A stretch of 32,000 bases of DNA from Ruminococcus albus 7 = DSM 20455 (GTDB lineage: Bacteria; Bacillota; Clostridia; Oscillospirales; Ruminococcaceae), in contig NC_014833.1 in NCBI RefSeq assembly GCF_000179635.2, forward strand, positions 3,030,001-3,062,000, given 5' to 3'. The notes under the pieces were generated by a model that saw only the letters and a program-made list of their open reading frames with translations, was not told the DNA's origin and did not search any database. The stretch's first letter is position 1. Each line of letters opens with the position of its first letter. Below, piece by piece: positions 25,701-32,000 of the stretch. The translations under genes and the position numbers were made by a program.

Positions 25701-27098
25701 TTATTCTGCTTTTCTCTGCTTACCCTCTGTGAGGATATCAGCAACCACGCCCAGCGCCTGAGCTTCACGATCTTGAAAGGCTGCGGCATAGATATCAAGT
25801 GTTGTACTTGCCTGAGAGTGACCGAGTACGCTTTGCACCGTCTTAACGTCAACGCCCGAGCTGATAAGCAGGCTTGCATTTAAGTGACGGAAGCTGTGCA
25901 GGTTTACTTTCGGGAGATCATAAGCTGCACAAATCTTTGTGAGCCAACCAAAAGGGCTTGCACCGTTCATCTGGTGACCGTCCCACGATGTAAACAAGCG
26001 CTCTGTATTATGCCATTTATCACCGAGTATTAACCGCTGAGAGTTCTGGTCATTACGGAGCTGCTTCAAAGTAAATATGACGTTCTCGGGAAGTGTCAGC
26101 GCCCTGACTGATTTTTTAGACTTCGGTTCAGTGTCATAATATCCGAGTTCCTTTGAATAGTGTACAGTCCTGCGGATATGTATCACGCCCGTGTCGAAAT
26201 CTATGTCAGACCATTCAAGCCCGAGTATCTCACCCCTGCGGAAGCCGCCGAACAATGCCAGCTGGAAGAAAGCACGGTATTTGACAGGTGTTTCGGGCAG
26301 GTCAAGGATATCAAGAAACTGTTTTGCCTGCTCTATCGTGAACATTGTATGCTCTTTCTGGGGTATCTTCGGAAGCACTGCATTCTTGCAAGGGTTATCA
26401 GATATCGCCTTGATCTTGATAGCATAATCGAAAACCGAGCTGATAAACGATACATAATTCTTGATAGTTTTCGGGGTGAGGGCTTTTTCTGTCTTTATGC
26501 GATCAAAAGTCTTTGCAAGGGGTTGACCGAGTGCTGCGTTTATCTTCTCAGCGCTGGTAAGCATGACTTGCTTACCGTCCCATGCATATTTGATAGTTTG
26601 AGCGCTGACACCTGCCTGCTCTGCAAACTGTGCTTGTGTGAGCTTCCTCTTTTTGAGTTCTGCTTTCAGGTCAATTTTAACGACTGCCTTTTCTTCACTC
26701 TTGACATTCTCATGAGTTAGCCATAATATAAAGTTGTCGATTTCTCGGGGAGTGATCTTGTCTATTCTCAGGTGACCCAAGCGCTCATATACTCGGGGGC
26801 AGTACTGGCGGCAGCGGTCAATGCCTGACTGCTTCAAAGTACGCTTTGCATAGTTTTCAAACCACGTTTCACAGAAGTTCTCAAACTTCTCAGCGTTGAC
26901 GGTCTGACCCCTGCGGCACTGTTCTTCAAACTCAAAAGCCGCCTTGTTAACTGCCTTTTCTATCTGCTTGTCGCTCATGCCCTCTCTCGGGGGCTTCCAT
27001 GTCATGCTTTGTGTTTTCTGAGCAGTTCCGTCCGCTGAATAACCGCAGAACACCTTTATTCGGTATGAGCCGTTTGGTCTTTTGTCGATGTGTGCCAT
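25701..27098 (-). CDS. int: tyrosine recombinase/integrase with an internal HTH-like insertion
   Basis: 465 aa. N-terminus MAHIDKRPNGSYRIKVFCGY.. is similar to int1/2. Catalytic motifs: ..GGFRRGEILGLEW..LHSFRHLN..LGHS..DIYAAAF. About 75 extra residues relative to int1/2 contain KLTQAQFAEQAGVSAQTIKYAWDGK. Confidence 0.85.
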   Translation of the reverse strand: MAHIDKRPNGSYRIKVFCGYSADGTAQKTQSMTWKPPREGMSDKQIEKAVNKAAFEFEEQCRRGQTVNAEKFENFCETWFENYAKRTLKQSGIDRCRQYCPRVYERLGHLRIDKITPREIDNFILWLTHENVKSEEKAVVKIDLKAELKKRKLTQAQFAEQAGVSAQTIKYAWDGKQVMLTSAEKINAALGQPLAKTFDRIKTEKALTPKTIKNYVSFISSVFDYAIKIKAISDNPCKNAVLPKIPQKEHTMFTIEQAKQFLDILDLPETPVKYRAFFQLALFGGFRRGEILGLEWSDIDFDTGVIHIRRTVHYSKELGYYDTEPKSKKSVRALTLPENVIFTLKQLRNDQNSQRLILGDKWHNTERLFTSWDGHQMNGASPFGWLTKICAAYDLPKVNLHSFRHLNASLLISSGVDVKTVQSVLGHSQASTTLDIYAAAFQDREAQALGVVADILTEGKQRKAE

Positions 27099-27126
27099 TT
27101 AATCACATTCCTTTCAGTGTATAAGG

Positions 27127-27155
27127 TTGACACCCGAAAGGAATAATGCTATAAT
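27127..27155 (+). promoter_or_regulatory. near-consensus sigma-A promoter TTGACA-17-TGCTATAAT
   Basis: TTGACA at 27127-27132, a 17-nt spacer, and TATAAT at 27150-27155 with TG at 27147-27148. Divergent from the integrase gene. Confidence 0.6.
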
Positions 27156-27161
27156 AATACT

Positions 27162-27232
27162 GTGAGAGTACTTATCCTTTGGGGTGAGTTTATATGAACC
27201 GTTCTTGTGTTGCTGCACAAGGGCGGTTTTTT
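27162..27232 (+). ncRNA. candidate ~70-nt small RNA (promoter-to-terminator unit)
   Basis: The predicted start ~7 nt after the -10 runs into an 11-bp hairpin, CCGTTCTTGTG-ttgctg-CACAAGGGCGG (27199-27226), followed by TTTTTT (27227-27232). There is no plausible ORF that stops before the terminator. Confidence 0.4.
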
Positions 27233-27233
27233 A

Positions 27234-27349
27234 TTTGTCTATTATACTATTTGCTATATCTCCGAGTTTATCTTTTATCTCTTGTTTCATCATTCTATCA
27301 TATTTATCCTTGTGTACAAACAAATATCCTTCTGCATAAAGCATATCAC
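27234..27349 (-). repeat. 116-bp duplicate of the XRE gene 3' end (carries the native stop)
   Basis: Identical by eye to 30354-30469. Encodes the last ~38 codons ..GDIANSIIDK, with the stop at 27231-27233. Confidence 0.8.
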
Positions 27350-27413
27350 GTAAGCGTATAACCCCCCGCATCATAAAAGCAAACAGCCGGGCAGATAACA
27401 CCCGGCCGTAACA

Positions 27414-27953
27414 TCATATTCTGGCTTTGATTTCTCCATTTCTCTTTGCGTCCATGTATATTTCTTTGAAATCAGCTTTGCTGTTCGGACCGAATATGAT
27501 CGGCATAACAGATACCAGGCCATCGGAAATGATCGCATTTTTAAATGGCAGAAGCGCTGCATCAAGCAAAGTTGGCATCGGTGCATTTCTCAGCATTTCC
27601 TCCCAACTGCTGACAATGCCGTTTACAAGAAAAACAGAATTGTCATCGATCGATATAAATACCGATCCCTTTTTCCAATGTCGCTCAATGATAAATCTGC
27701 CGGTGATGCACCCTTTCCAGCTTTTAAGTATCTCCATGTGTTCTTCGGGCAGATCCGATCGCTCAAGATAATCATCAATGATCCATGTCCGTTCCCATAA
27801 AAAGTGGGCAACCTCCGCAGCGTCCTGTGGGTCGATCATTCCTTGCCCGAAATAATCTTCCTCAGGAAGTATATGATATTCTCTGTTCACATAGTCAAGC
27901 AGTGGAAAAAACAGTTCATAAAACAGCTTTGCATCTTCATTACTAAGTTTCAT
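27414..27953 (-). CDS. fourth IS66 ORF, 179 aa, unknown function (intact here)
   Basis: Its ATG overlaps the transposase stop by 11 nt, with GGAGGG upstream. MKLSNEDAKLFYELFFPLLDYVNREYHILPEEDYF... I see no recognisable motifs. Confidence 0.7.
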   Translation of the reverse strand: MKLSNEDAKLFYELFFPLLDYVNREYHILPEEDYFGQGMIDPQDAAEVAHFLWERTWIIDDYLERSDLPEEHMEILKSWKGCITGRFIIERHWKKGSVFISIDDNSVFLVNGIVSSWEEMLRNAPMPTLLDAALLPFKNAIISDGLVSVMPIIFGPNSKADFKEIYMDAKRNGEIKARI

Positions 27954-29453
27954 TTTCTTCCCTCCATGGTAATAATATCGTCCCCGCAGGCTGTGAAAAC
28001 AGCTCGGTCAGGTATTTCTCAGCATCAACACCGTTCGCCTGTGCAGTTGAAATGATCGAATACAGCGTTGCACTTGATCTGGCTCCGTTTGCTGTATTTG
28101 AAAACAGCCAATTTTTTCGGCCTAACGCAAACGGTCTTATTGCGTTTTCGGCTCTGTTGTTGTCGATAGGCACGTCTCCGTTTTCAAGAAACGTGTAAAG
28201 ATATTTCCGTTCATTCAACGCATATCTTACTGCATCTGTCAGCTTGCCCTTACCACTGACCTGAACATTTTCAAGCCACGCAAAAAACTCGTCAAGCAAA
28301 GGCTTTACCTTCACAAGGCGCTGTTTATATCTGTATTCTGTGGAGCTGTCGGCAAGCAGATTTTCTTCGTGATATATCTTGTTGAAATATTCTACTGCCT
28401 TTGCCGCAACAGAAGTGCTGTGCAGCTTTTGGTCGTTCGGAAGAGCCTGAATAAAACCACGCCTTGCATGAGTCATACAGCCGCATCGCTTAGCACCCTC
28501 GACTGCATTGTAGGCATCGTATCCGTCACAGATAAGATAGCCGATAAATCCTTTCAGGAAATTCGAGGCGTGCTCACCCTTTCGTGTCGGCTGATAATCG
28601 AAAATGATGATGCTCCTGTCATTCATTTTGCCGTTGCAGTAGACCCACATTCTTGATGTCGTGGTAGGCTTTCGGCCTTCCTCGTGAAGCACCTGAACGG
28701 TCGTTTCATCGGCATGGATCATCTGCCCTGCGATAAGCATCTCATGCATTTTCTCCACAATCGGCAAACACCATTTTTCGGCAGCAGTGCCTACCCAATT
28801 AGACATAGTCGCTTTGAGCAGAGGTATGTTTTTGGAATTAAAGTCCTTTTCCTGACGGTGCAGAGGTACTGACTTTGCATATTTTTCGTAGATGATATGA
28901 GCCAGAAGTTCGGGAGAGCAATAGCTTCCCGGGATCATAGCGTGAGGATATGGCGCACGGATGATATGACAAGGTTCGTCCCTTTCTTCGGGGCTTTTCT
29001 CCGCACTCGGGACACTTGTACTTATGTACTATATGCCTGCGGATATGATATTTTGGCGGCGTAAATATAAGTTCATCGTAAGCCTTTTCGGGAGTCAGTT
29101 CTTCCATTTCGGCGCCGCATATTTCGCATACCGGGTTGTCAATTTTGTGATGTTCTTCTTTTACAGGCAGATTGTTCATCCATTCATCGTGAGTGCGTTT
29201 TCTTGCGCTTGTGTTCGGGAACAGTAATTGTTTCGGCAGATTTAGCTGCGGATTTTTCTTCATTGTTTCCGAACATGGAAAGCTGAACACCGAACTCCTT
29301 TTCCATAACAACAGATGTCTGCTCTGTTTTTCTTCCGAATATCTGCTTTCTGAACCACGCTAACTGCTGATTGGCAAGTGCTAGTTCTTCCTTGAGAACA
29401 GCGTTTTCATTACGGAGCGATACAATTTCCGATGTCATATTTGGTTCGGACAT
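27943..29453 (-). pseudogene. tnpC: IS66-family transposase broken by two frameshifts
   Basis: Three track ORFs (27943..28938, 28838..29311, 29184..29453) tile the copy-1 protein. The run at 28990-28993 is G4 here and G3 in copy 1. The run at 29198-29201 is T4 here and T6 in copy 1. Confidence 0.85.
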
Positions 29454-29545
29454 AAAGCACCCCTCCGTTCGTTATGATACTTTAATGATACCACGAAAAG
29501 AGGGGCTTTTCAAGCACATATTCTGAATATTCGGTAAGTATTGCC

Positions 29546-29902
29546 TTAATACAGCGCCCCCGGCTTTCCCTCACGGATAGCCTTCGGCTGCTCTATTTTC
29601 AAGCCTTCCAGAAGCCAGCGAATTTGCTGAGATGTGAGCATTACTGCTTCGGTCTCACTGCGCGGCCACTGGAATCTTCCGTTGTCAAGGCGCTTGTACA
29701 ACAGCAGAAAACCATCGCCCTCCCACAGCAGACCTTTGATGCGGTCACAACGTCTGCCGCAGAACAAAAACAATGCTTTCGAGAACGGGTCAAGTCGAAG
29801 CTGAGCCTGAACGATAGTCGCAAGTCCGTCTATCCCGCGTCGAAGGTCGGTGTATCCCGTAACAAGATAGACCTGTGCGTCCGCTGCCAGATCATTCAGC
29901 AT
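29546..29902 (-). CDS. tnpB: IS66 Orf2-like accessory protein
   Basis: Identical translation to 24796..25152. Confidence 0.9.
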   Translation of the reverse strand: MLNDLAADAQVYLVTGYTDLRRGIDGLATIVQAQLRLDPFSKALFLFCGRRCDRIKGLLWEGDGFLLLYKRLDNGRFQWPRSETEAVMLTSQQIRWLLEGLKIEQPKAIREGKPGALY

Positions 29903-30212
29903 AGCTCATGCACCAAAGCGGTCAGAGTGTCCGCAGATATATCTGCCGGAAGAGATATTTGAAGTCCGTTTTTCTCAATGCGGATATTTTCGTTTGAGCA
30001 AGGAACTGATACAGGAACGATGGTCGGAGAATTTTCGATATACTTTTCACGAACTTTTCTTAGGCGGTTGTAATACGTGTTTGGCTTGATCCCTTTTTCT
30101 TTGCACCATTCCCGGATCGTCAGACCGCTTGCCTGCTGTGCTTTGATCTGCGCAGACCATTCCTGAAGCTGCATTTCTTTTTGATTGTTGTGATGGATGT
30201 TGTTTTGTCCAT
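29896..30212 (-). pseudogene. tnpA: IS66 orfA with a -1 frameshift after codon ~12
   Basis: The T-run in GCATTTCTTTTTGATTG is T5 here and T6 in copy 1. The MDKTTSITTIKK start is out of frame with the rest. Confidence 0.7.
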
Positions 30213-30341
30213 ACCTGTTACCTCCTTGTCTAATCGTCTCCAATGAACTCCATGGATCAATTTGGATTATTCAATTTACTTCATGGTGTTCCTTGGAGTT
30301 TATTATACTTTATTAGACTTCGGTGGGGTAGGTGCTGGGGG

Positions 30342-30974
30342 TTATACGCTTACTTTGTCTATTATACTATTTGCTATATCTCCGAGTTTATCTTTTATCT
30401 CTTGTTTCATCATTCTATCATATTTATCCTTGTGTACAAACAAATATCCTTCTGCATAAAGCATATCACGGTTTTCTTCCAAAATCCTCTTTACCTGTTC
30501 TTCCTCATTATCATCTGTGGTATTACCTGCATTATCTCTGCGGCTTTTAGTTACGTGTATCAATTGCAGAACTTCTTCAAATTCCCCGTGAACTATCATG
30601 TCACTCACAATGCTGAGATATATGTCATTAAGCTCACCAAAATCATTATAGTCTTTGTGCCAAATATGACGAAGTCTTTTTACAGCTGCTTCACTTAATC
30701 CCGTATATTCACAGATCATTTGAATATCAGGGCTTTGGGCTTTTGTTTCACCGAGCAAATATTCATAGCTAACACCGAAATATTTATGATAAGCTTGAAG
30801 CTGTTCGATTGTAGGCGGGTTCTTGCTTTTTTCTATATCTGAAATGGTTGAGTGTACTATATTTAGAGCTTTTGCTAGTTCCTTTTGTGTCAATCCTTTA
30901 TCTGTTCTCAACCTTTTATAGTTTTCACCATAGTTATTACAAAACTCAAAATTCGGCTGCGGTTTATTTGCCAT
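30342..30974 (-). CDS. XRE-family HTH transcriptional regulator (repressor-like) with its 3' end fused into the IS66 end
   Basis: 210 aa. HTH ..LRTDKGLTQKELAKALNIVHSTISDIEKSKNPPTIEQL... The native ..SIIDK-stop is replaced by ..SIIDKVSV-stop, read from the IS terminal repeat. Confidence 0.8.
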   Translation of the reverse strand: MANKPQPNFEFCNNYGENYKRLRTDKGLTQKELAKALNIVHSTISDIEKSKNPPTIEQLQAYHKYFGVSYEYLLGETKAQSPDIQMICEYTGLSEAAVKRLRHIWHKDYNDFGELNDIYLSIVSDMIVHGEFEEVLQLIHVTKSRRDNAGNTTDDNEEEQVKRILEENRDMLYAEGYLFVHKDKYDRMMKQEIKDKLGDIANSIIDKVSV

Positions 30975-31047
30975 AAAATAACACTCCCTTGATTATTCTA
31001 AATCGAATTCATGATTTTAGTATAATTTAAAACATTTATGGAATCTC

Positions 31048-31076
31048 TTGCATTTTGCTGAAAAACCATGTATACT
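31048..31076 (+). promoter_or_regulatory. promoter candidate TTGCAT-17-TATACT for the rightward operon
   Basis: Lies in the divergent region between the XRE gene and the plus-strand genes. Confidence 0.4.
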
Positions 31077-31181
31077 ATAGTTAGCGATTAAGATAAACGA
31101 TAAGTAAAAATTTAGATTAATGATAGTTTACCACATTTTTAATCGCTTGTCAAGCTGTTTTTTAGGATTGGGGGTGAAACT

Positions 31182-31337
31182 ATGACCAAGCAGGAGCGTG
31201 AGCAGGTTAAACAGGTGCAGCGCGAGTATTACCGAGAATGGCGTGCACGAAACAAGGACAGGGTCAAAGCTGCAAATCAGCGTTACTGGCTGAAAAAGGC
31301 TCAGGAAGCTAAGCAGGAGCAAAAAGAGGGGGAATAA
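31182..31337 (+). CDS. hypothetical small basic protein (51 aa)
   Basis: Hand-read ORF MTKQEREQVKQVQREYYREWRARNKDRVKAANQRYWLKKAQEAKQEQKEGE with RBS GGGGGTGA. Below the track cutoff. The minus-strand track ORF 31128..31322 is its shadow. Confidence 0.5.
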   Translation: MTKQEREQVKQVQREYYREWRARNKDRVKAANQRYWLKKAQEAKQEQKEGE

Positions 31338-31497
31338 TTTTTATGCATGAAAAACCGCCCGAGTGCTGCGAACACTCAGGCGGCGGGCAGGTTCAAGCCT
31401 GCTGAAAACATAAGCATTTGGTTGTAGTATGCTCCATTGGTATTATAACATATATGGAGCGGGTTTGCAAGAATATCTTGCAGAAAGGGTTTTTACT

Positions 31498-31695
31498 ATG
31501 GAAAATATTTATACAAGACCGCTTCCAAAAATGCGGACTATAAAAGAAACTGCGGCGGAGCTTAATGTACCCGTTTACGCACTTCGTCAGTGGGTAAAGT
31601 CGGGGGAAGTTCCTGCCGTGTATGCAGGTAGAAAAGCTCTGCTCAATCTCGATCTAGTCATTAAGTTCCTGAACGGGGGTGAGGATAATGACTGA
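31498..31695 (+). CDS. excisionase-family helix-turn-helix DNA-binding protein
   Basis: Track ORF 31429..31695. Start taken at MENIYTRPLPKMRTIKETAAELNVPVYALRQWVKSGEVPAVYAGRKALLN... Same fold signature as 4002..4202. Confidence 0.65.
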   Translation: MENIYTRPLPKMRTIKETAAELNVPVYALRQWVKSGEVPAVYAGRKALLNLDLVIKFLNGGEDND

Positions 31696-32000
31696 TATCG
31701 AAAAGGCGCTTATATCCATCATCGGGCGCGGTGAACACAACGCTGTCAAGCAGTCCGAGATCACGCGGCTGACTGGTTTGTCCGATCGGGATACCCGTGC
31801 GATCATCGAACGCTTGCGGGCAGGTGGTATGGTGATCTGTTCAAGCAATGCAGGGCGGTTCTTCCCTGAGAGCATCGAGGAACTTGACAGCTACATCAAA
31901 CGGATTCAGGCGAGTGTCCGAGCTGAATGTATAGCTCTTGCGCCTGCAAGGCGGCTTTTGAAAGAATGGCAGCGAGAGGGGGGCTATCAGAATGGCAGAA
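31688..32000 (+). CDS. hypothetical protein (possible winged-helix DNA-binding protein), 3' end off the window
   Basis: Hand-read ORF MTDIEKALISIIGRGEHNAVKQSEITRLTGLSDRDTRAIIERLRAGGMVICS.. with a start overlapping the previous stop. Open to the window end, so it is absent from the track. Confidence 0.5.
   Translation, partial: MTDIEKALISIIGRGEHNAVKQSEITRLTGLSDRDTRAIIERLRAGGMVICSSNAGRFFPESIEELDSYIKRIQASVRAECIALAPARRLLKEWQREGGYQNGR

Larger units (their letters stand above)
27350..30353 (-). mobile_element. IS66-family insertion sequence, copy 2 (3004 bp)
   Basis: Same terminal sequences as copy 1. Flanked by the 116-bp direct duplication instead of an 8-bp one. Confidence 0.9.
22480..32000. 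mobile_element. integrative element or prophage-like element E3, left part (runs off the window)
   Basis: Contains the att core, its own terminator and arm repeats, a 465-aa integrase, an XRE repressor and a divergent operon with excisionase-like HTH genes. It is interrupted by two IS66 copies. Confidence 0.55.

Noticed and set aside
27194-27361. An ATG with an upstream GGGGTGAG opens a ~56-codon frame after the consensus promoter.
   Set aside because: The frame reads through a strong intrinsic terminator, then antisense through the XRE 3' end into the IS. A short non-coding transcript is more plausible.
22600-30353. The two directly oriented IS66 copies bracketing the integrase gene as a composite transposon.
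   Set aside because: The outer flanks (TAAAATAA on the left, TTTGTCTA on the right) do not form a target duplication. Copy 1 has its own clean 8-bp duplication, which indicates independent insertions.
31654-31875. Minus-strand 73-aa ORF at the right edge.
   Set aside because: It is antisense to a plus-strand frame that is open to the window end, starts with an overlapping ATGA junction to the preceding HTH gene, and has a plausible DNA-binding sequence. The plus strand is preferred.

Overview
Mosaic accessory region made almost entirely of mobile DNA, probably from a Firmicutes/Clostridia-like genome (a guess from gene style only). No rRNA gene, complete tRNA gene or CRISPR array was seen.

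Layout:
(1) A partial IS1595-family IS lies at the left edge, followed by a few AT-rich secreted or lipoprotein genes.
(2) A head-to-tail array of integrative elements all sits on one 23-nt att core that looks like a tRNA 3' end (TTCAAGTCCCGTTTGCCGCACCA, at 2505, 10897, 13217 and 22480).
- E1 (2505-10896): frameshifted tyrosine integrase, excisionase-like HTH, an IS110-family insertion, a RepA-like ATPase and AT-rich cargo.
- E1.5 (10897-13216): a decayed element with an integrase relic, a toxin 3' stub, an orphan immunity-like gene with its own consensus promoter, and two membrane proteins.
- E2 (13217-22479): the same backbone as E1. Its cargo is a 933-aa secreted protein built from 26-residue LRR-type repeats with a non-repetitive C-terminal toxin-like region, plus a tightly linked small immunity-like gene.
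- E3 (22480 to the right edge): a different integrase, an XRE-type repressor and excisionase-like HTH genes.
(3) Two near-identical IS66-family copies (22600-25604 and 27350-30353) are inserted in E3. Each carries a fourth, translationally coupled ORF of unknown function. An older IS66 relic lies at 21871-22133.

E1 and E2 share a ~4.5 kb tract that appears identical, judged from identical six-frame translations.

Most interesting candidates:
- the element-borne LRR-scaffold toxin/immunity module and its orphan immunity copy;
- a ~70-nt promoter-to-terminator unit next to the E3 integrase;
- the extra IS66 ORF;
- the anomalous 116-bp duplication flanking one IS66 copy.

Every disabling indel between repeat copies lies in a homopolymer or dinucleotide run, so the pseudogene calls need read-level confirmation.
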